IMG/VR virus record: IMGVR_UViG_3300032167_000030
Direction: 5' to 3' (one strand)
Source: an uncultured virus (IMG/VR IMGVR_UViG_3300032167_000030)
Lineage: Duplodnaviria > Heunggongvirae > Uroviricota > Caudoviricetes
Length of the DNA: 64,000 bases
Every line of letters starts with the position of its first letter. Position 1 is the stretch's first letter. The position numbers and the translations under genes were made by a program. The notes below the pieces were generated by a model, which saw only the letters and a program-made list of their open reading frames with translations, did no database searches and was not told the DNA's origin. Positions 21,884-31,824 of the stretch are shown here, in pieces.

Positions 21884-23350
21884 TTAAAAATCTTGTTCGT
21901 TAGTATCTAACATTTCATCTGAGAAATAGAAACCACAATTCTGTAAGAATGGAGTGAAGGTTCCGCTCATGCCAGGATCACCAGCTGAGCTACTAGTTAG
22001 ACCTATTCTTCCAGGATATGAATAGTGCAGACCTCTATAGGATTTATTAACATCTCTACTACCTTCACCTAGACCTTGGAAACCTCTTTGAGAGAATTTA
22101 AGGCTAGGATTGAAAAGTTCAATAGCATTTACACCACCGAAATATCTTAGCAATTCATTACTACCAATCTTCTTTAATACATACATAGGTGTTAATGTAC
22201 TAAACAACTGCTGTCTATCTTTCATTGTAATTTCTGCTTTATTTAATAGACGATAAGTTGCATTAGACATCTTAATTAGCAAATCATAAAGTAAGTATTC
22301 ATTGATTCTAATTCTTTTATAACGTAGATCCATGTTATCCTGATAGATCAAAGTTTCATAGTTTCTTACCATCCATCTAATGATAGCAAAGATATCTTCC
22401 TTATTCTCTTCCTTCAGTCTTAATGTACTTTGAGTAGAATTATCTAGAATACGTCTAAATGAGATTAAGATATCATTAGCCTTACTTTCATAGTTATTCT
22501 TATTTCTACTAAATACTTTACCCATTTCTAGTTTCCAGAAATCTTGATCCATAATCTGGAACATTTCATTTCCACTAAGAATCTCAATTACATTAGTGAA
22601 GAATTTGAAATATCTTTCAAATAGGTTTTCTTCAATAGCTAGAATAGTTTCATTTTTTAGATTAAACATTACATAACTATTATCACTATTTACTAACTTC
22701 TTATATTCCTTACTTTCATCTAGAACTAAATGAATTTTCTTAGTATTTTCTTTACCTAAGAAATACTCAATAGTTTTAGTATAGCCTCTATCTACAAAGA
22801 AATATAGTAAGTAATTCAGCTTATTCTTAAACAAATCTATTACTTTGATATTTCCATCATATTTATTACCCATCATATCATAGAACTCAATGTCCTTAGT
22901 ACGAATAGTAACACCCATTAGTAGAGTTTTTAATGTTAGACTACCATTGTTATTATAAGTAGCACTATCAATAATCTGATAAATAGGGAAGAACTTAGAA
23001 CCATTTAGAATGAAATAAGTCTTATCAATTAGTTTTGGAAAGAATAGACTCTTTTCAATGATTTCTTCTTCACCAGTTTTACTATCAGAAATCTTGAATT
23101 TGAAATCAATCAATACATGTCTAGATTCAGCAATGTTTACCTGATGTTTTTCATGTTTGATATAATCAGGAAAACTAGATTCATCCTCATTAATAGTAGA
23201 ACCTAGAAATTCTACTCCATTAACTACTTCAAGTGCTTTAAAAATAGAATTGATATGAGTTAATACAGTATCATGTTCTTTCAAATAGATCAAATCTTCA
23301 TTAAATCTTTCTGGATTAGCATCTGAATAGTTCTGTAATAGATTATACAT
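21884..23350 (-). CDS. Phage multisubunit RNA polymerase beta subunit, N-terminal half (probably non-virion RNAP)
   Basis: FPKL..YFILNG..FPIYQI and YRGLHYSYPGRI..SS..DPGMSG align with conserved RpoB regions; early-type promoter; ATG 23350 after AAAGGA. Confidence 0.8.
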   Translation of the reverse strand: MYNLLQNYSDANPERFNEDLIYLKEHDTVLTHINSIFKALEVVNGVEFLGSTINEDESSFPDYIKHEKHQVNIAESRHVLIDFKFKISDSKTGEEEIIEKSLFFPKLIDKTYFILNGSKFFPIYQIIDSATYNNNGSLTLKTLLMGVTIRTKDIEFYDMMGNKYDGNIKVIDLFKNKLNYLLYFFVDRGYTKTIEYFLGKENTKKIHLVLDESKEYKKLVNSDNSYVMFNLKNETILAIEENLFERYFKFFTNVIEILSGNEMFQIMDQDFWKLEMGKVFSRNKNNYESKANDILISFRRILDNSTQSTLRLKEENKEDIFAIIRWMVRNYETLIYQDNMDLRYKRIRINEYLLYDLLIKMSNATYRLLNKAEITMKDRQQLFSTLTPMYVLKKIGSNELLRYFGGVNAIELFNPSLKFSQRGFQGLGEGSRDVNKSYRGLHYSYPGRIGLTSSSAGDPGMSGTFTPFLQNCGFYFSDEMLDTNEQDF

Positions 23351-23585
23351 ATTCTTAACATTTCCTTTCTTAAAATATGATGTATTACTTCTAACTTCTT
23401 TTATTATATATATTTCAAAATTAAGATAAAAATACAATTTTTACATAAAAAAGAAATAAAAGCTAATAACATATTTATAATACATATAGAAATTAGTTTT
23501 TTCATATAAAAAATCTAAAAACTAATTTTTATAAATAAATGTTAAAAAATTTATTAAAAACTAAAAAAAGGATGGTATATAAATT

Positions 23586-23876
23586 ATGACTAAGACTGAT
23601 CTAGTAAAGGCACTCGCTAAGACTCCTATGGAAAACGTTAAGCTAACTCAGAATGAGGCTAACACTGTTGTTAACACTATTCTAGACCTAATCACTGCTG
23701 GTCTACGTGAAGATGGTATTGTCCAGATTACTGGTTTCGGTACTTTTAAGGCACGTGAAGTAGCAGCTCGTGAAGGCCATAATCCTAAGAACCCTGCTGA
23801 AAAGATTCTAATCCCTGCACGTAAGCAGCCTTCCTTCACTTCTGGCGCACAGCTAAAGAAGGATCTAAACGCTTAA
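23586..23876 (+). CDS. hup: HU-family DNA-binding protein
   Basis: MTKTDLV..., GFGTF, R.GHNP, IPA...P.F..G..LK. Confidence 0.95.
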   Translation: MTKTDLVKALAKTPMENVKLTQNEANTVVNTILDLITAGLREDGIVQITGFGTFKAREVAAREGHNPKNPAEKILIPARKQPSFTSGAQLKKDLNA

Positions 23877-23998
23877 TCCTATTTCATTAAAAATCTAAGA
23901 GGTATACTCAATTGAGTATACCTCTTATTTATTCTTTTAATTTTTACGGAACAATACTATAAAGTATTTAAACGTACCGAGTTAAAGGAGTGAAATAT

Positions 23999-25870
23999 AT
24001 GTGGCCCAAATCCAATACTGAAGAATATAAGAAAATTGTCTATGATTTAGTAGGTGATGAGTATACTGTTATAGGTGAATATGTAAATGATAAAACAAAA
24101 ATTAGAATGAAACATAATGTATGTGGTAAAGATGACTGGTATGTAACACCTTGTCATTTTAAAGATAGAGAAAATAAAAAAGGTACTAGATGTCCTAAAT
24201 GTAATGGAAATCTTAAAAGTACTACAGAAAAATTTAAAAAAGAAGTTTATGATTTAGTAGGTAATGAGTATACTGTATTAGGTATTTACAAAAATAACAA
24301 TACTGATATAGATGTAAAACATAATGTATGTGGTACAATTTATCCAATAATTCCTGCTAGTTTTAAAAAAGGAAAAAACAGATGTAAAATATGTTTACAA
24401 AAAGAAAAGGATGAAAAATTTAGAAAAAAAGTATTTGATTTAGTCGGTGATGAATATATTCCAACTACACCTTTTATTAAAGATAATAAAACTATAACGA
24501 TGTTTCATTCAGTATGTGGTCAGACATATGAAACTACACCTCATGCTTTTACTACAGGTGGAGTTAGATGTAAAATATGTTCATCATATACAACTGAAAG
24601 ATATAAGAAAGAAGTATTTGATTTAGTTGGAGATGAATATACTGTTATAGGTGAATATGTAAATGCTGATACTAAAGTAAGAATGAAACACAATATCTGT
24701 GGTAAAGATGATCTATATATAACTCCTCATTGTTTTAAACAAGGTACTAGATGTAAAGATTGTAGAATAAAAGATGCAACCTTAACTCAAGAAGAATTTG
24801 AAAAACAGGTTTTTGATCAAGTTGGAGATGAATATACTGTTATAGGAAAGTATATAAACTCTAATGTAAAAATAAAAATGAGACATAATACTTGTGGAAA
24901 TGAGTATGAAGTATTACCTCATCATTTTACATCAAAAAAGAGTAGATGTGCTGATTGTTCTCTTATTAAAGGTTATAGTAATGGTGAAAAAGAAATCATG
25001 GATTTTATTAAATCCATTTATAATGGTGAAATAACTGAAAACAACAGAACTATTCTAAATGGTAAAGAATTAGATATCTATATTCCAGATAGAAACTTGG
25101 CTATAGAATTTGATGGATTATATTGGCATTGTGAAAAGAATATATCTGATAAGGATTATCATCTTAATAAAACTGTAAACTGTCGTTTACAGAATATTCG
25201 TTTAATTCATATCTTTGAAGATGAATGGAATTTCAAACAGAATATAGTAAAATCTAAGATAAAACATATTCTTGGTTGTAATAACAATACTAAAATTAGA
25301 GCTAGTAAATGTTATATAGAAGAACTAGACTCAACTACTAAGAATCAATTTCTTAATGAAAATCACATTCAAGGTGAAGATAAAGCTAACATAAAACTTG
25401 GTTTATGGTATCCTATTAATGAAGAAGAACATAGACTAGTAGCGGTTATGACATTTTGTAAACCTAGATTTAATAAGAATCATGATTATGAATTATCTAG
25501 ATTTGCTATAGATATAGAATATCAAGTATATGGTGCATTTGATAAATTATTTAAGTATTTTAAAGAAAACTATGAATGGAATAGCATTATAACATATGCT
25601 GATAGAAGATGGTCTATAGGTGGACTATACGAGAATACTGGATTTAAATTAGATGATATAAGTAAACCTAGCTATTTTTATACTAATTTTACAAATAGAG
25701 AGAATAGAGTTAAATTCCAAAAACATAAATTAGAAAAACTGTTTCCAGAGTATTATGATGAAAATTTAACAGAAAAAGAAATTATGGATAAAACAGATTA
25801 TTATAGAATTTGGGATTGTGGAAATTATGTATATACATATATAAAAAATCCTGATAATAATTCTGACTAA
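23999..25870 (+). CDS. Free-standing homing-endonuclease-like protein: five Zn-ribbon repeats plus PD-(D/E)xK/Vsr-like nuclease (Hef-like)
   Basis: Repeats of VGDEYTVIGEY..HxxCG..RCxxC; ELDIYIP..AIEFDGLYWH; C-terminal ELSRF, TYADRRWS, IWDCG. Confidence 0.75.
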   Translation: MWPKSNTEEYKKIVYDLVGDEYTVIGEYVNDKTKIRMKHNVCGKDDWYVTPCHFKDRENKKGTRCPKCNGNLKSTTEKFKKEVYDLVGNEYTVLGIYKNNNTDIDVKHNVCGTIYPIIPASFKKGKNRCKICLQKEKDEKFRKKVFDLVGDEYIPTTPFIKDNKTITMFHSVCGQTYETTPHAFTTGGVRCKICSSYTTERYKKEVFDLVGDEYTVIGEYVNADTKVRMKHNICGKDDLYITPHCFKQGTRCKDCRIKDATLTQEEFEKQVFDQVGDEYTVIGKYINSNVKIKMRHNTCGNEYEVLPHHFTSKKSRCADCSLIKGYSNGEKEIMDFIKSIYNGEITENNRTILNGKELDIYIPDRNLAIEFDGLYWHCEKNISDKDYHLNKTVNCRLQNIRLIHIFEDEWNFKQNIVKSKIKHILGCNNNTKIRASKCYIEELDSTTKNQFLNENHIQGEDKANIKLGLWYPINEEEHRLVAVMTFCKPRFNKNHDYELSRFAIDIEYQVYGAFDKLFKYFKENYEWNSIITYADRRWSIGGLYENTGFKLDDISKPSYFYTNFTNRENRVKFQKHKLEKLFPEYYDENLTEKEIMDKTDYYRIWDCGNYVYTYIKNPDNNSD

Positions 25871-25909
25871 TTCATTAAAAATTTCCTTTCTTTATACATT
25901 TTCTTAACA

Positions 25910-25950
25910 AAAAAAGAGGATAGACTTTAAATAAGTCTATCCTCTTTTTT
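25910..25950. terminator. Bidirectional terminator between the endonuclease and array 2
   Basis: AAAAAAGAGGATAGACTT-N5-AAGTCTATCCTCTTTTTT. Confidence 0.85.
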
Positions 25951-26448
25951 TCATTATGCGTATCTGATACTATAAACTACTTTGATTCATTGAAATAATA
26001 TGATACTTTTGAAGAGCTTGATTCATTTTTAAAAGTTGATACTATTTTTAATATTGATTCATTTCGGGTTATTGATACTATAGGTCGTCGTGATTTTTTG
26101 TTATATAGATGAAATTCTAAAATCCTCCTTTGATTTTTTTGAATAATTTCATTCAGTGATACTGATACTATATTTGGGTATGATTCATTTATTCCTGTTC
26201 TGTTACTATAATCTTCATTGATTCACTTATATCAACTGATACTATATCGCAGTATGGTTCATTTAGATGACCTTGATACTAAATTTCTGATGATGATTCA
26301 TTTACAGCTAATGATACTATAATGCTCATTGATTCATTTATTCACCATGTTACGAATGTCTATAAGTGATTCATTATCATTTTTGTGATACTGTTTTTAT
26401 GGATGATTCATTATTGATGTATGATACTATATTAAGTAGTGATTAAAA
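25951..26448 (-). repeat. TIGR-like dual-repeat guide-RNA array 2 (8+4 units), directly downstream of the Tas-like gene
   Basis: Same repeats as array 1: TGATTCATT-like at 25983,26019,26055,26181,26219,26255,26294,26330,26367,26404, alternating with TG(A/T)TACT; ~55-nt interruption at 26096-26148. Confidence 0.9.
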
Positions 26449-26475
26449 CAATTAAAGAAATTACATCAAATCCTC

Positions 26476-27747
26476 TTACTTCAAACCAAGAATATTTTTA
26501 TTAGGTGCTTCCATGATATGAACATGACCAAGATGAACTTCAACAAAGGGTCTAGGAGGCTTAACCCCATTCTCATACTCATACCAGACTTCGAACAAGT
26601 GAGAAAGGAAGATCTTAACAGCATAACGCTTAGCCATAGCAATCATATGAGCCATAGGAAGTTTACCAGATTCATAAGTAGCTCTAGTCTTCACATTCTG
26701 AATGTTCTTTTCTTCCAATGCAAGCTTAGCTGCTTCAGCAAAACCACCAGCTTCATTCTTATCAATATAGAACTTCAGCTTTTCAGCATAAAGACCACCA
26801 TAATAAGACTTATAGACAGGCTTACCATTTTCATAAATAGTATTACCATCCTTATCTTTTTTAGTACCAGAAAGCTTTTGAAAACTTTCACCGCACTTCC
26901 AACAAAGAACTCTGAACTTAGGATTATAGTCAAGCTTCACACCCTTCTTACGAGGAGCACGATGACCTTCCCAACCTGCATATCTCCAAATAGAACCTGC
27001 AGTTTGACACTTAGAGATATCAATATAAGAAAGCAAACCTGCAGCTAGAACAGGACCAATACCCTTAGTAGCAATAAGCCATTGACCCATTTTATCATGT
27101 TCAACATAATCCTTCAGCCACTTAACAATAATTCCCTCAATTTCCTTGAATCCAGCATTAACATATGCAAAGGAAATATTTTTTGGATTATTATTGTTAT
27201 TAGTTGCTACACTAGTTCCACTATTATCAAGCTGGAACTGACGGTTACCACCAGCAATTCTAAATGCCTGAATATCATAATACTGGCTTACAAGACTAGT
27301 TACTTCAGATCTAGAAGTTACAGGATTATTCTTAACGGTCTTATTAAAACCTTTTTCAAAGATGTCCTTGAAATCAACAGTTTCCTTTTCTTTTTCTTTC
27401 TTTTCATTAGTAGAAGATTCTTTTTCTTCTACAGATTCATTCATTTCAAGTTCTTCATTAATCTCAATTTCATCATCTACATCATTAATGAAAACATTCA
27501 TTTCAATTTCGCTATCACTGATGAGTTCAGTAGGAATACCAGTTTGTTCAGCAATAGAAATAAGTACAGAACAAATATCTTCACCATTTCCATTATTTAC
27601 TAAGTGTTTAAACAGGCATTTCTCAAAGTTTGCGAGTTTCGTTTTAATTCTATAAGGTTTGCTCAAACTATTGTTTAAGCCCTCGATCATATCTCTATAA
27701 TCTCTAGCAATCTCCTTATAAGAACTCTTATCATTAGTGTTTTTCAT
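26476..27747 (-). CDS. Nop/IS110-C-terminal-domain RNA-binding protein (TIGR-associated, TasA-like) with uncharacterised N-terminal extension
   Basis: Coiled coil (YYDIQAFRI..NR), KGIGPVLAAGLL, SIWRYAG, YNPKFR, YY..Y...K, HMIAMAKRYAVKIFLSHL; no recognisable DEDD RuvC or HNH domain; adjacent 36-nt array. Confidence 0.85.
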   Translation of the reverse strand: MKNTNDKSSYKEIARDYRDMIEGLNNSLSKPYRIKTKLANFEKCLFKHLVNNGNGEDICSVLISIAEQTGIPTELISDSEIEMNVFINDVDDEIEINEELEMNESVEEKESSTNEKKEKEKETVDFKDIFEKGFNKTVKNNPVTSRSEVTSLVSQYYDIQAFRIAGGNRQFQLDNSGTSVATNNNNNPKNISFAYVNAGFKEIEGIIVKWLKDYVEHDKMGQWLIATKGIGPVLAAGLLSYIDISKCQTAGSIWRYAGWEGHRAPRKKGVKLDYNPKFRVLCWKCGESFQKLSGTKKDKDGNTIYENGKPVYKSYYGGLYAEKLKFYIDKNEAGGFAEAAKLALEEKNIQNVKTRATYESGKLPMAHMIAMAKRYAVKIFLSHLFEVWYEYENGVKPPRPFVEVHLGHVHIMEAPNKNILGLK

Positions 27748-27805
27748 TGTTACTGTCTCCTTTGTGTTGTAATGATTAGTAATGTTTAGTCATTATGATA
27801 CTTAT

Positions 27806-28039
27806 TTATCTAGATATGATAGAAAAACTATCATGATCTTGCAAAGCTAAAGTGGAACCATTATCCCAATTCATATGAATTTGACCGATATCATCTACAA
27901 AAGTAACATCTCCTTCAAGACCATATGGCATCTGATCTTCACCTACCATTTTATATAGCCGAATTCTAGTTCCTTTAGGATAAGCTTTTTTTAACAACTC
28001 AACCTTTTGCTTGCTATTAAAGTCTCTTGTACACATCAT
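27806..28039 (-). CDS. DUF4314-like small protein
   Basis: YPKGTRIRL..M......G.V..VDDIGQIHM.WDNGS.LAL; ATG 28039 after AAAGGAG. Confidence 0.8.
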   Translation of the reverse strand: MMCTRDFNSKQKVELLKKAYPKGTRIRLYKMVGEDQMPYGLEGDVTFVDDIGQIHMNWDNGSTLALQDHDSFSIISR

Positions 28040-28208
28040 TTTTAATTCACTCCTTTTTGATTTATTTTTCTTTAGTATACTATCTTTAAAATATATACTT
28101 AAAAATATTAAAAATACGTTTCTCATTATATGTCCATAAACGTTAAAAATACATTTAAACATATATCATAATAACGATACAAATACTAAAATAAAGGAGA
28201 TTATCACA

Positions 28209-28409
28209 ATGAGCTTTGAAGAGACTTTTAAACAACTATTAGAGAACTTTCCAGTATTAGATAAGATTAAAGAAGATGTATGGTTTATTTCACATGAAAA
28301 CGAACTAATTCTTTGTACCAAAAGTAAGAATCACATTGTAAATCAACAGGACTGTCTAGAATTATCTCAGTTATTCGCACTACTAGCTACTGCATTTGAG
28401 GAGGTTTAA
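28209..28409 (+). CDS. Hypothetical protein
   Basis: RBS AAGGAG. Confidence 0.6.
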   Translation: MSFEETFKQLLENFPVLDKIKEDVWFISHENELILCTKSKNHIVNQQDCLELSQLFALLATAFEEV

Positions 28410-28414
28410 TACTA

Positions 28415-28864
28415 ATGGCAACTATCAAAAAGTACAATTATGAAAATGGAGAATGGGTTCCTATGAGTGAAGAAGAACTAGTTACTGTTTTACATGACTT
28501 ATTTGAATATGAACCTGAACTATTTGAAGGAAAAGAAGAAACTTCTATTAATCAAAAGGAAGATATTGATATAACAAAAGTTATTAGTAAAGAAGAATGG
28601 TTAGAAAAAGTTAAAGAAGAACGTATGAATAAACTTAGTAGTGAATCTGAAAAGAAACCTATTAAGGTAAAGGTAACTAAGAGAGCAGAAACTAAGGTAG
28701 AAATTCCTATTGCTGAAAAGAAACCTATTAAGGTAAAGGTAAATAAGAGAACTACTACAAAAACTACTAATACTAAAACCATTACTATTAAGTTTGATAG
28801 AAAATGTTTAGAATGTCCTGCAAGAATCGAAGGATTATGTGAAGGAGAATTTTCATATGAATAA
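28415..28864 (+). CDS. Hypothetical protein with duplicated EKKPIKVKV motif and C-terminal Cys cluster
   Basis: RBS GAGGAGG; internal direct repeat. Confidence 0.6.
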   Translation: MATIKKYNYENGEWVPMSEEELVTVLHDLFEYEPELFEGKEETSINQKEDIDITKVISKEEWLEKVKEERMNKLSSESEKKPIKVKVTKRAETKVEIPIAEKKPIKVKVNKRTTTKTTNTKTITIKFDRKCLECPARIEGLCEGEFSYE

Positions 28865-30869
28865 ACAAGAAATGATAAAAGATTTAAAAAGAACTCTAGA
28901 TAAAGCATGTGATGCTTATTATAACTCTAACCTTCCCATTATGTCAGATGAGGAATTCGACAATGCTTGTATTACTTATCGCAAGCTTAGTGGTGAACCT
29001 TATAATACTGCAACTGCTCCTAGAAAAACTAAAGATGAGAAATCTGGTAAGAAACTAGTAGATACTAAGCATACATTTGAGAATCTACTTTCTACTATTG
29101 ATAATCAGTTCCAGAATCTAGATGATTTCAATGAATGGATTGAAAAACTATTCGGTGATCTAAATCTATCTAAAAATGATGAGTTAGAGATTCTAGTTTC
29201 TGAAAAGTATGATGGCAATTCTATTTGTATTGAGTATGAAGAAGGTAAGTGTAAAGTAGCTTTGACTCGTGGCGAGGACGGTCAAGGTGCTGATTTAACT
29301 GAAATCTTCAAAAATGAAAAACTACTAAAGAAACCTAAGTGGTATTGTGGTATTAAGTATGAGGTTATGCTTACTTATGAAAACTTTGATAAGCTAAATG
29401 AAGTAAGACAAGCTAATAATGAAGCTACTTATGCTAATCCTAGAAATACTGTAGCTGGTCTACTTTCTAGACTAGATGCACCTCAATATAGAAAGTATCT
29501 TACTCTAGTTCCTCTATCTATGAGAATTAAGGATAAGGAAATTGATCGCTATAAAGAACTAGATTACATCGAAAAACTACAGCCTAAATCTGAAGTTGAA
29601 TTTACTGGTGAAATTTTCGAAGGAACATACAAAAATCTTAAAGAAAATGTAAAAGAAATGTATGAAAGATATGCTAAATCCAGAGAAAATCTAGGTTATA
29701 TGATTGATGGTCTAGTTATTGAAGTAATCAATGATGACTATAAGAAGAAACTAGGTAACTTTGCTTCTGGTTCTCCTAAGTGGCAGGCTAAGCTAAAGTT
29801 CCCTTATATGCAGAAAACTACTACTGTAGAAGAAATTGTGTTTGAAGCATCTCCTAATGGTACTGGTAAGATTACTCCTAGCGTTATCTTTAAACCTGTA
29901 TACTTCAATGGTGCTAAGATGACTAAGGTATCTCTAGCTAACTATAAGAGATTTAAAGAATTAGGATTAGGTAAAGGTAGTAAGGTAATGATTGAATATC
30001 GTAATGATGTTCTAAGTTACTGTAGCAAGTTGGATGATCCAATTAATGAAACTATTGACCCTATTCCTTTCACTGATTTCTGTCCTGCATGTGGTAGTAC
30101 TAAACTAAGAGTTAATGAGAATGAAACTTTTGTATACTGTGATAATCCTCTATGTTCTATGAAACGTATTGGTAAGATCAATAACTACACCAATCAGGTA
30201 GGTATTAAAGGTATTGAAGTCTCTACTCTACAGAAGATTATCAATGCAGGTCTATTAGAAACCTCTGCTGATTTGTATAGGCTTAACTACAAGACTCTAT
30301 CTAGAGTTGAAGGTCTAGGTTCTAAATCTGCAGAAAACATTATTGATGCTATCAGATCCAATACACCTAATGACTATGATATCTTAGCTGGTTTAGGTAT
30401 TGATAATTTAGGTAAAGATTGTGCTAAAAACATTCTTTCTGAAGTCAGCTTTGATAGTCTATGTGATTTGGATTATGTAAAATCTAAAGCTTTTAAAGAA
30501 AAGCTTGCCAACATCGAAGGTATAGGTCCAATTATGACTGAAAGAATTCCTAAAGAATTAGTTAACAATAATGCTCTACTTAATGATCTACTTGCTACAG
30601 TAAAGTTTAAAACAGTAAAGCGTGAAAAGGCTACAAATCAGTTAACATTTGTAACTACTGGAGATCCTGATAAGCGTTACTTTGAAAAGAGAGATGATCT
30701 TAAGAACTATATTGAAAATAAAGGTCATAAATTAGTTGGTTCTGTATCTAAAAATACTGACTATTTGGTCACCGAAACACCTAATAGTGGAACCGTTAAG
30801 AATAAGAAAGCTAGAGAGTTAAACAAGCCTATCATTACTTGTGAACAACTAATTGATATGCTAGGATAA
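28857..30869 (+). CDS. ligA: NAD-dependent DNA ligase
   Basis: AYYN..MSDEEFD, EKYDG adenylation motif, TRG, NPRN, IDG, CPAC..C..C zinc finger, HhH, C-terminal BRCT (GSVSKNTDYLV). Confidence 0.95.
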   Translation: MNKQEMIKDLKRTLDKACDAYYNSNLPIMSDEEFDNACITYRKLSGEPYNTATAPRKTKDEKSGKKLVDTKHTFENLLSTIDNQFQNLDDFNEWIEKLFGDLNLSKNDELEILVSEKYDGNSICIEYEEGKCKVALTRGEDGQGADLTEIFKNEKLLKKPKWYCGIKYEVMLTYENFDKLNEVRQANNEATYANPRNTVAGLLSRLDAPQYRKYLTLVPLSMRIKDKEIDRYKELDYIEKLQPKSEVEFTGEIFEGTYKNLKENVKEMYERYAKSRENLGYMIDGLVIEVINDDYKKKLGNFASGSPKWQAKLKFPYMQKTTTVEEIVFEASPNGTGKITPSVIFKPVYFNGAKMTKVSLANYKRFKELGLGKGSKVMIEYRNDVLSYCSKLDDPINETIDPIPFTDFCPACGSTKLRVNENETFVYCDNPLCSMKRIGKINNYTNQVGIKGIEVSTLQKIINAGLLETSADLYRLNYKTLSRVEGLGSKSAENIIDAIRSNTPNDYDILAGLGIDNLGKDCAKNILSEVSFDSLCDLDYVKSKAFKEKLANIEGIGPIMTERIPKELVNNNALLNDLLATVKFKTVKREKATNQLTFVTTGDPDKRYFEKRDDLKNYIENKGHKLVGSVSKNTDYLVTETPNSGTVKNKKARELNKPIITCEQLIDMLG

Positions 30870-30950
30870 AACTAGTATTTAAAGATACTAGTATAGGTTA
30901 ATTCTATACTAGTATCTATTTTTGTTAATCACAAGGAGATTAAGCAGTAT

Positions 30951-31700
30951 ATGATTAATGATTTCATTAGATTTTTAAATACACTACCAGTTTGGTATTT
31001 ATTACTATGTATCTATCTAATACTAGTTTACATTAGTTTTGTATATTTGATTCATAGTAAATATACAGATAAAAGTAGTTATTTTTACTTATTTGTAAAA
31101 TCAATATTTTTTCCAATAACTCTTATATGTACATTTGTATTAGATTTTATAGATTTTTTAATCGATTTGATTTACAATGTTGTATGCTTTACTGGCTATG
31201 CTATTTTAGGATTACTTACAATTCCTATATTACTACTTACTCATAAAGATGATAATGAAGAAGAAACTGAGGAGGATAATAAGACTATGACTGAACAGAA
31301 AGTAATGACAAAGGACAATGTTCTACTATATGAGAAGCATGATGTAACTACCACTGAAGCTTTAAATACTGATGATGGTAAGACCATGTTAGTACGTGGT
31401 GTAAAGATTTTCAGAGTTATTAAACCTTTAGAAAATGGTGAAGCTGAAGTAATTGCTCAGTACTTAGCCGAAACTGATAGTATTGATCTATCTGTTTTAC
31501 ATGATTATATTGGTTATTACATGGCTTCTGTTGATAGAGATTCCTATAATAATGACAAGTTTGTATGGAATTGTGTAGAACTAGGTGAAGGTTCTGAAGA
31601 TTCTACAGTATTTACTATTATGAATTCTAGAGCTTGTACTGAAGATGAAGTAAAGCTACTAAATGAACTATTCCCTGAGTATTATGATCATGCTTTTTAA
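30951..31700 (+). CDS. Membrane protein (N-terminal hydrophobic segments); possible internal start at ~31287
   Basis: Hydrophobic N-terminus; internal GAGGAGG followed by ATG. Confidence 0.55.
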   Translation: MINDFIRFLNTLPVWYLLLCIYLILVYISFVYLIHSKYTDKSSYFYLFVKSIFFPITLICTFVLDFIDFLIDLIYNVVCFTGYAILGLLTIPILLLTHKDDNEEETEEDNKTMTEQKVMTKDNVLLYEKHDVTTTEALNTDDGKTMLVRGVKIFRVIKPLENGEAEVIAQYLAETDSIDLSVLHDYIGYYMASVDRDSYNNDKFVWNCVELGEGSEDSTVFTIMNSRACTEDEVKLLNELFPEYYDHAF

Positions 31701-31824
31701 GTAATATAAATTACGGATTAATGGATATTTTCCATTAATCCGTATTTTTTCTTTTTTTAGATATATATTATAGCTATAGATAAAAACCAATGATAAAAAT
31801 ATACTTTTAAAGGAGTTTTAAGAA

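Noticed and set aside
19606..26448. Calling the two arrays CRISPR arrays
   Set aside because: The repeats are two alternating 7-9-nt motifs with ~9-nt variable segments, not 23-47-nt repeats with ~30-nt spacers, and no cas gene is visible
26518..27655. Plus-strand ORFs overlapping the Tas-like gene, and similar antisense ORFs elsewhere (e.g. 2953, 9020, 47726)
   Set aside because: Shadow frames of real genes, with no RBS and no protein-like motifs
26476..27747. Ordinary IS110 transposase
   Set aside because: No N-terminal DEDD RuvC domain, no serine-containing catalytic loop after the YAG motif, and it sits in a phage operon with a multi-unit array
27745..27805. Possible third array fragment upstream of the Tas-like gene (TGTTACT, TCATT, TGATACT)
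   Set aside because: The motifs lack the 9-nt spacing and 36-nt period; likely chance
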